Virus record (IMG/VR): IMGVR_UViG_3300014911_000007
Coordinates: 1 to 55,129 of that record
Direction: 5' to 3' (one strand)
From: a virus
Lineage: Duplodnaviria > Caudoviricetes
DNA length: 55,129 nucleotides
This document shows, in pieces, positions 1-12,200 of this stretch. Positions within the stretch are counted from its first letter, which is position 1. Every line of letters begins with the position of its first letter. The translations under genes and the position numbers were made by a program. The notes beneath the pieces are model-generated. The model searched no databases, was not told the origin of the DNA, and saw only the letters and a list, made by a program, of their open reading frames with translations.

Positions 1-102
1 ACGCCGCCGGGCTATAGATGGTGCGCTCGTTGTGAGCAATTCAAGCTGCTTAGTGAGTTTTCCAAGTCCGACTCTTACTGCCGAGCATGCCGACGGGAAT
101 AT

Positions 103-309
103 ATGAGAGAGTATCGGGCTAGGACTAAGGGCCGGAAGCCAGTAGAAATCGTTGAGACTAGAATGGTTTTTCTCTGCCCCGAGTGCGGGACAGAGCTTGT
201 AGTCGAAGAAACCAGTAACAACGAGCCGCTTTGGTGTCCGTTCGACAATACAGAATTTCGCGTGTCGTTGAAAGCTAACGTTTATACGGTACCTACCCCC
301 GAAAAGTAG
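103..309 (+). CDS. Small zinc-ribbon protein
   Basis: 68 aa with CPEC...CPFD knuckles. Confidence 0.55.
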   Translation: MREYRARTKGRKPVEIVETRMVFLCPECGTELVVEETSNNEPLWCPFDNTEFRVSLKANVYTVPTPEK

Positions 310-331
310 ACGACACGCCCCCTGAAATCAC

Positions 332-360
332 TTGACATAATAACTGGAGTGTGGTATACT
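332..360 (+). promoter_or_regulatory. Sigma70-type promoter of the packaging/structural operon
   Basis: TTGACA-17 nt-TATACT, with TG upstream of the -10; GGAGG at 383 and ATG at 399 follow. Confidence 0.8.
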
Positions 361-398
361 CCAGCAATAGGCCATCCTTGTTGGAGGGTTATTTTCGT

Positions 399-1184
399 AT
401 GCCCGACCCCATCATCGACTACTTACCTCCGTGGTTCGTCAACTCGCTTGCCGAGCGGTCTAGGAGAAAACTTCGACGCATTCCAGCTTTCGTAGGCGAT
501 ATACCGTGGTACTATCGTCTTTTTGGGCAGGATCGAAGCGGGGACCCGCGCCTTGGTGGATATTATCAGCCGTGGCCGCCTAGATATGTCTGGCTTCGTA
601 CCGTTGACGAGAATGCGACAACTCCGATGCACGAGGCTATTCATGCCATAGACCCTCATCTAGACCCGATACCATGGATAACTGAATCTCCTGACATGCC
701 GGATTGGAGGTACGATCTTATTCATTCGCCGAGATTAGATGAAATCCGCTATTACTACACCGGCGGCGGGGCATCAACGACTTATTGGACAATTGATGAG
801 TTTTTGCCGTTATCTCTTCAAACTCGGCAGTTTGCCTTATCTATGGTTCCGGCTTACGAACGCGCTGCGTGGCTGCGATCTGGGCTGTTCAATCCAATTG
901 CAGCGGTACCAAGGGAAGCCGTCGAGGCCGGGTTTCGATCCTGGCAGCATGAGGGACGAAAGCTAGGCATGGAACCTGTGGCCGAACCGTTCCCGAATGT
1001 CTATCCGCCATCGCCCCCACAATTTACTGCTAAGAGGGCAGTTGATAAGCCACAGAGGATCGCTGATTTATTGAAAGAGCAGCTATTTGAGACCTACGAT
1101 GCTAAGCGACGGCGGCAAATTCGCCAATTGTGGGGTAAAGGATGGACGGCCCCTCCGCCCGCTATCGGGATGGAGCATTACTAA
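399..1184 (+). CDS. Hypothetical protein with HExxH (zincin-like) motif
   Basis: PMHEAIHAID; start moved to ATG 399 because the GTG at 351 lies inside the promoter; stop overlaps the terminase start (TAATG). Confidence 0.55.
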   Translation: MPDPIIDYLPPWFVNSLAERSRRKLRRIPAFVGDIPWYYRLFGQDRSGDPRLGGYYQPWPPRYVWLRTVDENATTPMHEAIHAIDPHLDPIPWITESPDMPDWRYDLIHSPRLDEIRYYYTGGGASTTYWTIDEFLPLSLQTRQFALSMVPAYERAAWLRSGLFNPIAAVPREAVEAGFRSWQHEGRKLGMEPVAEPFPNVYPPSPPQFTAKRAVDKPQRIADLLKEQLFETYDAKRRRQIRQLWGKGWTAPPPAIGMEHY

Positions 1185-2731
1185 TGATATCATTGGTTGA
1201 TTGGATCGAAGCGCCAGACGGCGGATTCTACGTCAAACAGAATTGGGACTGGGAACACAACAAATGGACCGGCCCCAGTCGGCTTCAAATAATGGACTAC
1301 GAGCGTCGCATCTTCCAGCATTGCTTTACGCTAGACCCAGAGAAAGACGCATTCCCTTATGTGACGGTCGTGTTAAGTGCCCCGAAGAAGTCCGGCAAGT
1401 CGTGCTGGGCGGCGATGATTGGTATGTGGTACGCGCTCAATGCCCCGCCCTGCGAGGTGTATGTTCTAGCGAACGACGAGGATCAGGCTCGATCCCGTGT
1501 CTACGAGGATATGACGTTCCATATGAAGTACCACATGGGCCTGCGACCGAAGAAAAATGAGATTATCTTGCCGAACGATACACTCGTCAAGGTTTTATCT
1601 GGTGATTATACTGGTGCCGCTGGTGCTCGTCATGGTTTGACATTGTGGGATGAGTTATGGGGCTTTAGAAATGAGGCTGCTCGCCGACTTTGGGCAGAGA
1701 TGCTCCCGATCCCGACAGTCCCGTACCCGCTGCGTGTGGTCGTGACGTATGCTGGGATCGAGGGCGAATCCGAGCTACTTTGGAACCTGTATGAGGAGGC
1801 TTTTCTGAACGGGACACCGGTGCCGGAACTTGAGGATATCGTGGACGAGGACGGTGAGCCGGTGTGTCGTACAGACGGGAAGGGCACGTTCATTTATTGG
1901 GACACCGTTCCCCGAAAGCCGTGGCAGACACACGAGTATTACGAGCAACAGCTTGCAGACCCGTCTCTACGACCCATGGACTTCCTCCGCCTGCATCGCA
2001 ACCAATGGGTAACTGGCGAGGAGGAATTCATCGCCATTCAATATTGGGATAAGGCGGCGACCCTGAGTGGCCCGATCATTTATGACACTTCGGACGAGCG
2101 GCGGAATTTGCCCGTCTCGGTAGGTGTAGACGCCAGCACGAAACACGATACGACGGCGGTGGTTGGGTGCTATTACGATGCTAACCACAAGAAAGTGGGC
2201 ATCGCCTTCCATCGAATTTGGAAGCCCGCTGGAGGGATTGTGGATTTATCCGAAGTAGAAGAATATATTCTGACTATTGCCAAGGTATGTCACATCAATA
2301 CCTTGGTTTATGACCCAACACAACTTCACCAGATGATGACAAACTTGGCTAAGCGCGGCTTCAAGACGGTCGAGTTTAGCCAAAACTCTAAACTGATGAG
2401 CGCCGCTACTCAGCATCTCTACGAACTCTTTGTGGGTGGGAATATCGAGGTCTATCCAAATGATGAGCTTCGCAATCACATCAAGTTTGCCAAGGTAGAG
2501 ATTAAGGGCGGCGTACCGAGGCTAACGAAATCAAGCAAGCGTAGCAAGAATAAGATTGATGCGGCGGTAGCCCTGGCTATGGCGGCCTATGATGCCGTAC
2601 AGCGGGGCGGGGTGGATACAACGGAACCCATTATCATTGCGTCTCCGTTCTCAGATGCGACTTCCTTCGACCAAAAGACGCCGCAGCAAATCCTTGAGGA
2701 AAAGTACTTACCGGAGGCTTTAAGGAGCTAA
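1184..2731 (+). CDS. terL: Terminase large subunit
   Basis: Walker A APKKSGKS, Walker B TLWDE, RNase H-like nuclease GVDASTKHD, C-terminal KIDAAVA. Confidence 0.93.
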   Translation: MISLVDWIEAPDGGFYVKQNWDWEHNKWTGPSRLQIMDYERRIFQHCFTLDPEKDAFPYVTVVLSAPKKSGKSCWAAMIGMWYALNAPPCEVYVLANDEDQARSRVYEDMTFHMKYHMGLRPKKNEIILPNDTLVKVLSGDYTGAAGARHGLTLWDELWGFRNEAARRLWAEMLPIPTVPYPLRVVVTYAGIEGESELLWNLYEEAFLNGTPVPELEDIVDEDGEPVCRTDGKGTFIYWDTVPRKPWQTHEYYEQQLADPSLRPMDFLRLHRNQWVTGEEEFIAIQYWDKAATLSGPIIYDTSDERRNLPVSVGVDASTKHDTTAVVGCYYDANHKKVGIAFHRIWKPAGGIVDLSEVEEYILTIAKVCHINTLVYDPTQLHQMMTNLAKRGFKTVEFSQNSKLMSAATQHLYELFVGGNIEVYPNDELRNHIKFAKVEIKGGVPRLTKSSKRSKNKIDAAVALAMAAYDAVQRGGVDTTEPIIIASPFSDATSFDQKTPQQILEEKYLPEALRS

Positions 2732-2732
2732 G

Positions 2733-4610
2733 ATGGCGCAGAATATTATTGAACCACAGAAAGTCACTGGCGATCTTCAGTTAGCCGAATTGTTGGCAGA
2801 ATATGCCCGCGCTAAGCGAGAGACCGAGGACTTCCATAAGAATATTATTCGCTGGCGGAATTGGTATAACTTCGAACATTACAAGCGGGACCCACTTCCA
2901 GGCGAGGAGCGGTATACCGATCCAACCCCAACGAATGTGGTGGACACGGCAGTTGGAATTATGTTAAGTCGTGGGGTTCGTTGGGTGGCGTCTGGATTTG
3001 AGCCGTATGCCACTGAGACCGAAGTCGCCAGTAAGATTGAGAAGTACATCGCTGGTACGGTAGAGGCGAACAATATCCGCGAAGAGATGGATGTTCTGGC
3101 GATGGTGGCGACATACTTTATTAGAGACGGCATGGGTGTTATCTACTCTCCGTTTGATCCCATCTTAGCTGATGACTTAGCCACGCAGGTCATGGTTCCG
3201 GCTCCCGGCGGGGACGATGTGATGATTATTGAGGGCTTTATGGAGACGCCGCTTCGGGTTCAGGCTATTGACCCGCTGAACATCGCTCTTCTGCCGGGCG
3301 GCCCTCAGCGGTGGGGGTCGATCTTCAGGACAGAGCGCATGACCGTTTATGATGTGGAGAACCTATATGGCGTTCAACTCAACAACTGGAAGCACCTGAC
3401 CGATCAGCAAAAGATGACCCAGTACGGCCAATTGATTGATATTTGGCGATGGGTTCGCAAGCCGAAGATGGAAGCCGGACAGCTTCCTTTGGATGGCTTT
3501 GAAGGGGAAATGCCGGTTTCCCTGCGGGAAGAGTGGGTGGTCCAACACGCCGTTATCTTTGAGAAGGAGTGGATTTACGAACTAGAGGATACGGATTATC
3601 CAGACATTCCTTATACCATTGGCTTCTTCAAGCCTGTAGACCCGGCAAAGACGAAGAATTGGTCTCATAGTATTATAAGTCCGCTGGAGGATTCGACCGC
3701 CTTCGTCGAGAAGTCCATCAACCGGCGGCAGCGGCAGATTACCATGCTTACCGGTCTGCCTCTTATCGCCCGCTTGATGCAGGGTCGAACCATTGCAGTC
3801 GACGCTTCTATAGCGAACGTGGTAACTATCCACCCAGACGAGAACCTGGAGTTCCCACGCTGGCCTGGAAATCCGCCAGACGTTGAGCAGCAGCTACAGT
3901 TCTTCCAGCGTCGTCAATCGCAGGCAGGCTTCTCCGAGCCTGATTTGACGGGCGGGGCGGCTTCTGGTTACGCGCTATCGCAGGTTGCAGATGCTAACAA
4001 GATCAAGTTGCAGCAGCCTATCCGTCAGTTCGAGTTCCTGCTGACTAACTGGGCGCGTAAGCTGCTGCGCCTGACGGCTAGAATGGCGGCGGGTAAAGCC
4101 ATCCATGTCTATGGTAGTCTGCGTGGGCAGAGCTTTACTGACCAGATTATCGCTCAGGACTTCGCCACTTATCTCGTCCGGGCAAAATTGGAGCCGGAGT
4201 ATCCGGGTGAAGAGGTCCGCAAGAGCGCCCTGGCGACACAGGCTACAGGTAAGATGTCGCTCGAAACTATTATGCAGCGCTACTACAATATCCAGCAGCC
4301 GGATGACGAGATAAAGCGCATGATTAGGGAGCAGGCTAAGATGCACCCATTGGTTATCGAATACGGCATCCGAAAGTACCTCATGGAGCTTGCGGATGAA
4401 GGCGACGAGGCAGCCATTATGACGTTGATGGCTATGGAGCAACAGGCTGGCCGTGGCGGGGGCGGAGCGGCTCCTGGTCCTCAGCCGTTGGGAGGCGTGA
4501 TGTCCGCTACTGGCGAGCCGACGCCACAGGAACGCGGGCGGCGGCCTCCTGGACAGAATGAGGAAGAGGTCGTTGGAAGCCTAGCAAACTTGGCCCCAGG
4601 ATTGGAGTAA
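2733..4610 (+). CDS. Portal (head-tail connector) protein
   Basis: 625 aa directly after TerL; size and motifs (QAIDPLNI, YPDIPY, SIISPLE, AASGYA) fit podovirus portals. Confidence 0.8.
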   Translation: MAQNIIEPQKVTGDLQLAELLAEYARAKRETEDFHKNIIRWRNWYNFEHYKRDPLPGEERYTDPTPTNVVDTAVGIMLSRGVRWVASGFEPYATETEVASKIEKYIAGTVEANNIREEMDVLAMVATYFIRDGMGVIYSPFDPILADDLATQVMVPAPGGDDVMIIEGFMETPLRVQAIDPLNIALLPGGPQRWGSIFRTERMTVYDVENLYGVQLNNWKHLTDQQKMTQYGQLIDIWRWVRKPKMEAGQLPLDGFEGEMPVSLREEWVVQHAVIFEKEWIYELEDTDYPDIPYTIGFFKPVDPAKTKNWSHSIISPLEDSTAFVEKSINRRQRQITMLTGLPLIARLMQGRTIAVDASIANVVTIHPDENLEFPRWPGNPPDVEQQLQFFQRRQSQAGFSEPDLTGGAASGYALSQVADANKIKLQQPIRQFEFLLTNWARKLLRLTARMAAGKAIHVYGSLRGQSFTDQIIAQDFATYLVRAKLEPEYPGEEVRKSALATQATGKMSLETIMQRYYNIQQPDDEIKRMIREQAKMHPLVIEYGIRKYLMELADEGDEAAIMTLMAMEQQAGRGGGGAAPGPQPLGGVMSATGEPTPQERGRRPPGQNEEEVVGSLANLAPGLE

Positions 4611-4618
4611 GGCTTACT
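4606..4618. repeat. AGTAA-N3-TTACT palindrome
   Basis: AGTAAGGCTTACT spanning the portal stop and the next gene start. Confidence 0.85.
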
Positions 4619-4828
4619 ATGAAAGACATTTTCGACGAAGTAGTTAAAGAAGTTAGCAAGGGAATTATCGAGGGGGTTGAGGTGTTTGGTGCAGATCGGG
4701 ACCCCGATCTCCGCGTCTACAATCGCTTGGATCAGGACGCGTTTGACAAGCTGGCGAAGCGTTATGGATTTGAGAATGTAGCCGAATACATTCGACAGAT
4801 GGAATTAAAGCGCTTAGGAGTGAAGTAA
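4619..4828 (+). CDS. Hypothetical virion-module protein
   Basis: 69 aa, tightly packed between its neighbours. Confidence 0.65.
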   Translation: MKDIFDEVVKEVSKGIIEGVEVFGADRDPDLRVYNRLDQDAFDKLAKRYGFENVAEYIRQMELKRLGVK

Positions 4829-4829
4829 C

Positions 4830-5993
4830 ATGGCATTAATTGGACCCTCTAAAATCAGCGGCAGGACTGTCAGAGCATCACGACGTGGGCCGAGATATTC
4901 GTATATGTCTATCAATCCGGGCCTATATCGTCAGCGTCCTAAGCCTCGCATACGAACTGCTGGTCAAAAGAGAACTCTTTCGCCGCGGTTTACGGGGCGC
5001 GGAATTACGACATTCCGGGTGAGACCGCCTACACCGCCATTGACGCCCCCGGACTATTCTAAGCAAGTTCAATATCCCGGCCTCACGCCCGAGGAGAGCT
5101 TCGAGGTCGAGGATATGATGCGTCGCTACAACATACGAACAACGTTCGGCGGTGCGCCGCCGGGATATGTTGAGAATCCTTTCGAAAAGGGCGGTGGGTT
5201 CACTATTACACCGGCAGGGGGTGGGGGTGGCGGCGGGATTCTACCTCCGCCTCCGAGTGAGGAATATGGCTACCAGCCCATAGATGTCGAATGGGTGATC
5301 GGTAATTACGCTGTATCGGACAAAGCTCCATCCTGGTGGAGACCATTCGATATCAAGGATAAGAGCCAGTACAATCGCCCCGATGTGGCATTTACCCTAA
5401 TGGCGAATGCGCTTATCGGCAGCGGCGCGCTAAGCGATGAGGATGCTCGTGCCTTGGCAAAGCAGCTTTATGCGATGTGGGGCCGAGCCGGAGAGAATCC
5501 TTGGGATATCTATTCCGATAAGTTTGCTGACGAGAATCGACCGCCGGGTCGTCGTATTGGAGCACAGGGCCAACCGGCTATTTCCCGCCAATTGGCACTG
5601 ATAGGGCAAACGGCTCCTGGTGGTGTGATTGATGAACGAAGCATCTATTCCCGCGAACGGGCCAACCGAATCCTACAGGCATTGAGTCGTATGCGGGAGG
5701 CTACGGTCGGCGGGAACGTTTGGAAGTTTGGCCCCGGTTACCAGTACCTACAAAATATAGCCGGGGCGCTGGGGACGGCTGGCCCAGTGGCACGGACACG
5801 GGCACAAAGGCTGGAGGTACTCGGAGCGTTAGACCCGCTTCTGGCTCAGGCTAAGAGCGGTGAATTGTCAGCGTTTGCTCCACTGGCCCAAATGATTGCG
5901 CAGCCGTTCTACACCTACGCGCCGCCGAGGGTTTCCCGAACCCAGGAGGGTCGCTACCAGTTTGGACGCCGGTCCAAGTATCTAACATTCTAG
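4830..5993 (+). CDS. Probable internal virion (ejection) protein
   Basis: 387 aa; Arg-rich N-terminus, Gly/Pro tracts, helical Ala-rich C-terminus; lies before the giant protein. Function inferred. Confidence 0.5.
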   Translation: MALIGPSKISGRTVRASRRGPRYSYMSINPGLYRQRPKPRIRTAGQKRTLSPRFTGRGITTFRVRPPTPPLTPPDYSKQVQYPGLTPEESFEVEDMMRRYNIRTTFGGAPPGYVENPFEKGGGFTITPAGGGGGGGILPPPPSEEYGYQPIDVEWVIGNYAVSDKAPSWWRPFDIKDKSQYNRPDVAFTLMANALIGSGALSDEDARALAKQLYAMWGRAGENPWDIYSDKFADENRPPGRRIGAQGQPAISRQLALIGQTAPGGVIDERSIYSRERANRILQALSRMREATVGGNVWKFGPGYQYLQNIAGALGTAGPVARTRAQRLEVLGALDPLLAQAKSGELSAFAPLAQMIAQPFYTYAPPRVSRTQEGRYQFGRRSKYLTF

Positions 5994-6002
5994 GAGGGCA
6001 TA

Positions 6003-6296
6003 ATGAGATACGAATATAAGGTTGAGCGTTTTGATGCTCGCCAACTGAACTATGCGGAGGATAAGCTAAATGTCCTTGGAGATATAGGCTTCAAAGTTGT
6101 TGGTATTCAGCCGACGAATACCTACCATGACTTCATTGTCATTTTGATGAAGGAAGTCGAAGGAGAAGCCAAGAGCAGGGCGAAGGCGAAGGTCATTAAG
6201 CCGATTCGCAAGAAGAACCAAATCAAAACCCCTTCGAAGCCTATGACCAAGGAAGAGCGAGAGGCGCTAGAAAAGCTCCAGGACGAAAAGGAGTAG
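6003..6296 (+). CDS. Hypothetical protein (DUF4177-like N-terminus)
   Basis: MRYEYKV...LNVLGDIGFKVVGI pattern; GGAGG SD. Confidence 0.55.
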   Translation: MRYEYKVERFDARQLNYAEDKLNVLGDIGFKVVGIQPTNTYHDFIVILMKEVEGEAKSRAKAKVIKPIRKKNQIKTPSKPMTKEEREALEKLQDEKE

Positions 6297-6297
6297 T

Positions 6298-9200
6298 ATG
6301 GCAAAACGTCGATACGAAGGCGTGAATCCTGAACTGCGGGTGGAGGACGTGCTTAAGACTATCAAGCGCGTCCCGCCACCGGCGGTTGCCCCATCTACAG
6401 AACCGGCAACAGCCCCGTCTACTGCGCCGTTTTGGAAGACGGATGAGTTTCGCGGGGTCGTGCGGAATATGCAGCCTACATCTCCTTCGCCCAATGTTCC
6501 ACACGCCTTTCTGTACTATGACCCAGATAGCCGACAGCTAACGAATGATAAGACGGATTACCGGGTCTACTATAATCCTTGGGATCGAAGCCTGACGTTG
6601 GAACAGACTAAGATTCCAGCAGTCAATGCTACGCTTCAGGTTATCGACCCGCAATTCGATATCTCTCGGCTGGATGAGCAAATCGAGCCTCGAACGACTG
6701 TCACGCCGCTAGAGGTTGAACAGGTCTTTCCCGAAGCGAGAATGCTTGGGGAGCCAATCCCTGGCTTGCCCGGTACCTACCGTATGTCTGAGGAGGCTGA
6801 GCGGGCCATCCGAGCGGCTTACGGTATTGATGAGCAGGCCGTTAGGCGTAAGGCTATCGCCTCGGTAGAGCTTGAAGACGTTCGCGAGGAGCTTGCGAAC
6901 ATTGACAATCAAATCCTATCGGCGTCGTATCCTTCGCCCACTAAAGGGGCTGGTCCGGTCGTAGACCTATCCGATCTTAGCCGACGCCGGGCCGAGTTGA
7001 AGGAGCGTGAGCGAAGGCTGCTCCAGATCATCGAAGAGACGGAAGAAAGCGAACAGCTTGCCGACGAGGCTATCGATCAATTTTCTGAGATTACCGGATT
7101 GAAGCCACGAGAGGTAATGTACGTTCCGGGTCCTGACGGTACGCCGATTGCCGTCAGCGGTCATGACGATTCAGCTATTCAGCGATGGTGGGACGCTACG
7201 TTCGTTCGCCCCCTCAGGAAGTTCACTGAGGAGGCGGCACAAAACCCCGTCTGGCGAGTACTGGGCACGGGCTTTAGGCTTCTGCGTCGTCTTCCGGGTC
7301 ATATTTGGGGCTACATTAATAATCCGCTTCAAGCGATTCCGGCTGGCTGGCAGGCGGCGAGCGCAACGGAATGGTGGAAGACGCGCAACCCGCCGGAGGA
7401 ACTCCGGGTCCGGTATCCTCTCTACTGGCAACAGGAGATGCGGGCCAGGATTGACGAAGAGGCTCTACAAGAGCAGCGGGATGAGGTCAACTTCTTTGCT
7501 GCCCTATCTGCGTTCGGGGCGGGGTGGGCAGAGGCGTTCAAGACGCGCAACTACGAAGAGACCCTATCGTTCTTCGAAGATACGTGGCTTGGCTTCCAGC
7601 GCGCCGCCGAGGACTTGCGCGAGGGACGGTTCCCGGACACCCTTGAGAAGCCGCGATTTGTCACTCCCGAGTTAGCACACATTCTCTCTCCCGACGCAAC
7701 GCCGGAAGAGGTTCGGGCGTGGATTGAGACCGTCGATGACGACGAGCTTTTCGACTTGCTGGGCGTGAGCAATCCGCACGAGTGGCGAACTAAGTTCTAT
7801 ACGAACACCGTTCGCTGGTATGAAGCGGATAAGGGTATCGCTAACGAATTGGCGCGGGTAGCGGCAGCCCAGGAGAAATATCGAACTGATTTCGAGACTG
7901 ATGAGATATGGCTATATGCGGTAGCTAAGGAAGCCGTTGAAAGGGTCAAGCAATATTACAGGGAGAAGTGGGATATCTCTCGTAGTGACTGGCGATACTA
8001 TGACTTCACGGTCACGTATACCGAGTCGTGGGGACCCGAGGACCCTGAAGTCCTCAGGGACCAAATTACGACGGCGCTGGCTTACGCCACGCTTCAAAAG
8101 GGCGATCTCCTGTCTCCACGCGAGATTGAGCTAATTGCTAGTCGCTTTACAGACCCCGGAACCGAATTCTGGGGAGAGCTTCTATTTGACCTATCAAACC
8201 TCATCCCCGGCGCTGTAATGGATAAGGCCATTCTAACCCCGCTCAAATCGCTGTTCAGATTTGCTGGGAAGGGGGTTGGTAAGTTTGTCGAGACGGTAGC
8301 TCCCGATTTTGCAGCGTGGGCAATCAGGACATTCAAAACCTCATCCATAATCTCCCACAGCTATAAGCTCCGCGCTAAGGCGACTGAGACGCTGGGCAAC
8401 ATCGCCTCTGTGGTACGGTCGCCCGGCGATATGAGAGAAGTACTTACTAAGCTGGTTCGAGGGCAATTGACGCCAGACGAAATGGCGGCCTATCGCCTAA
8501 CGGCTCGTCAAGTCCGGCATATCATGGACCCAACTAACGGCGTGGTTATCGAGGCGGCTTTAGATGATCCTGAGGACTTGGTTTCGCTACTTGACCAAGC
8601 CGTCAGCAGAGTCTACGACCAAGTATATAGGCGGCATTTGGGGGATGGCAAGTCTGTAGAGGAGGCGACCAGGCTCGCGGAGGAGTACATCTCCAACGCC
8701 AAGAATATTGTACCGGAGCTAACTCTCCAACTTCAAACGGCATATCTCCGGGCCAGAGAGGTTCTGCCCGGCACCCGCCTTATGCCGGATACGCTTGTAG
8801 GACGGTTGGCCGAGGCGTTGAAGATAGGCTCACCCCCAGCTAAGATTGAAGTCCTTGGGTCTTACAAACTCCCGAAGAGGGTGATAGAGAACGCCATACG
8901 CGGGTTTGTGCAGGGGGTTGGCTTCGCTCGAAATGCGTGGGCCTCGATGGTATTGACCGCACGCCCTGGCTTCACGATCATCAATTATTTTGACACGGCC
9001 TTCCGCGCCGCCGTTCATGGTGCTAACATGCTGGACGAGCTTCGTTACCTGCGAGAGCTTGTCCCCTATTGGCCGGAGGAAATCCCCGGCGGCTTCATGC
9101 GCGCCCTTACCGAGGACCTAGGCGAGGATATCGCCCACCTCATTCTAAGTGGCGAGATCGAGGCGAACTTCTGGACGGTATTCCGCCGAGTGGCTGGTGA

Positions 9201-12200
9201 CCGGTGGTGGCTACACCCGCTGAAGGGGCTTCGAGGCGTCAACACCGCTTTCGAAACCGTCTTCCGCATGCGGACTTATGTCCCCTTATTCGTGAAAGAC
9301 TGGAACGTTGTCCAGCGGCTTATCCATGAGGCACTGCTCGCTGAGAAAATCCTTGATGACCCTATAGTCAAGGCTATCTTTGAATCCCTATCGGCGGTCG
9401 ACACGGCGGATACTGCCACTATTAACGAAATCCTCCGTACACTAGTAAGGCAGGACCTTGTTGATGCTTCGTACACTCGGTCGTTGTTCTTCCGCACCGG
9501 TTGGTATGATGAGGTATACAAGCGGCTTGGAAGCCATGCTGAGACTAAGGTCTACTTGCGGCGGGTTGCCTCGTCATTAATGGAAGAGGTCCAGAAGGGC
9601 GGCTTGACGCCCGAGGGCGTTCAGCGAGCCTTCCAATCTGTACTGGACGAAATTGATGCCCTCGAACGAGAGGCGGTTGCTGTTGCAGATGCTACTCGCG
9701 GGGTAGACGAGGGCCTCAATACGAAGCCGGATATGGACGACATGCTTGGCGGGGCGGATGAGGTCCGCGAGATTGATCCAGAAGTAGCTGGGGTTCAGAG
9801 GAGCGCCAAGCTAAAGGACGGCTACCTCATGTACCCCGAGGCGGATGGTATCCGTGATGATCAGCACTTGTTGAATGCTATTAATAAGTACAGCGAAGGC
9901 GAGTATAAGAGCTTGGATGAAGTTCCCGTCCGCGTCGCCGAGGACGCCTTGAGTGTCCGTCGTGAGCGGAAGGGTATCACTTATGTCCCGCCTACAAAGG
10001 CCCAGCGGGAGGCGGTTGAGGCGCTAGAGCGGGAAGTTGCGGAACGCGAGGCCAAGCTAGTAGAGGAACGCCTGAAGGCGGTAACGGCCCCTGAGCCGCC
10101 GGAGTCGGCGGTAAGGGCGGCCCCAACTCCTGAAATTCCGTCGTCTCGGGTGGTTAGTGAGGTTCCGGTCGGCTACCACTCCGACCCAACGAAACTCATA
10201 GACCCCGATATGGTGGACCCAGGCTATGAGTATGAGGGGTTATACCACGTAACGACCGCCCGCGATAAGGTTTATGACGAAGGCTTGAAGCCGCGCGCTG
10301 AAACCGGTCGATTGGGATTGGGACCGGGCGGCAGCATAACCGATGATGGCACGCGAGTAAGCCTTACTTACAACTATGCCCACGCCGAAGAGCTTGCTAA
10401 TGGTCTACATCTAGCGGCTAGAGTAGCACAGGGTAAGGCGACCGTTAAGGAGGTAGTCGATTGGACCCTTGATCGCCTTGAAATAGGAGGCGCTTTAATG
10501 GAGCCTCCGACCAATGTTCAGCATGTTTTGAACGAAGCCCTTCCCATCCCGCGTGATGATGCTGGGAGTTGGGATTGGGAGATTTTGGACGATGTTATTT
10601 ATGAACTGGACGACATCCTCAACGACAAAGAAAAGTATGAACTACTTCAGGACCTTGATGATGTAATTTCAGTTCTGATCTCGGATATTTCCTCCATCAG
10701 TGGCCTAGAGGCCCCATATCTCCCTGTCGGCCTAACGGCTCCGTATGAGGCGATGGCCGAGCTAGACCCCAATCAAATCGAAATCCTATCTATCGCTGTC
10801 CGAGATGGTGCAGAGGTTGAGCATATCCCAATAGAGTTTGAGTTCCGCGTGAAGCCGGAGGATTTGGTCGTTATTAGACGGCCAGAAGAAGAGTTTGTTT
10901 CCCCTGTCTCAATCGAGTACAAGGCGATGAAAGAGGCCGGAGCGGATACTCTGCCACCGTTCGTCGGCGGGCCGCTCTCTCACGCCAATTATCAGTGGGA
11001 GATCACCGCTGGCGAGAATATGGGCCGGACAGGGAAGCTCTTGGATCGCCGCATCACGCCTGATGGTAAGGTTCAATACTTAGTTGACATAAGTGAATCC
11101 GCTGATATCGTCCCGTTCCTTGATGAGGATATGGAAGGCTTGCGGGTTTGGGTGGACGCTGCCAATATCCGCGGTAAGCTGCCGGAAGATATCCGTGCCG
11201 CCACCTCCCGCATGGGTCACATCATCAATGCCGTAGTGGAGGAGGGGGAGCAGGTTGACGACTTCGACGAAATCCTCCGTCGCTATCTAAGGCTGTCCGC
11301 CGAGGAGCGTCGCCAGCTTGACCCACGACTAGCGAAAGAATTCGAAGGCGTAGCTGATGAAGTCGTCCAGGAGATGAACTACTACACCTATTGGCGGCGG
11401 AAGTTCTTGACTGGCTATGACGCATCTGACTTTGACGAATCGTTCATTCTGAAGCAGAAAGCCGGGTCGAATTATCCTGATTGGTACCGACGCCTAACCG
11501 AGAAACGGTGGAAGGACCTGCGCCGTGCCCAGGCGCACGCCATGGCGGAGAAGGCGTTCCAGATTCTCGGAGCGGGTGAGCAGCCGAAGTACGCCTATCT
11601 TGTGCAGATTAGAAGTCGAACTGGTGAAGAGGCATGGGAGGTTATCACTAGCGACGCGGCAGTCAAAGATATGGACGAACTTGGCGCGCTCGTCAAGTCG
11701 CTTAAGGGAGAAGATGTAGAGGTCGCCGATGTCGTTAGAAGCCGACGGGCCAAGACTAGGGGCGGTATCTACATCGAGAAGCCACGCAATATGTCACGTG
11801 CCCTCAACAAACTAGCGTATGAGGATGGCGTGGAGGTCGTCCTTGATCGTGCGCTAAGCGAACATGTCGTCATTGATACGGCTATGGAAGGCGCAGGCGA
11901 TGTCGGTTATCCTGTCCCGCCTCGGCCTTACGTTTCCTATTTGGTCGGGAGTGACATGGAAGACGTTCGGGAATATGCTACTCGGTTCTTCACTGAGGAA
12001 GAAGCCGAAAGATTCCTTAAGGACCTGCTTCCAAAGGCCGAGGAGCCTCCGAGCCAAGCCGCTGTGCAGTTTGCAGAGGATGTTGAAGAGGCGGTCGAGG
12101 AGGGCCAGGACGTGCCGCCGGTGCCGGAGCCGACCGACGAAGAGATTGGCCCCGTTGAGCATCAAGAGCCGGTGCCAGAGTCTAAACTGGAAGAATACGA

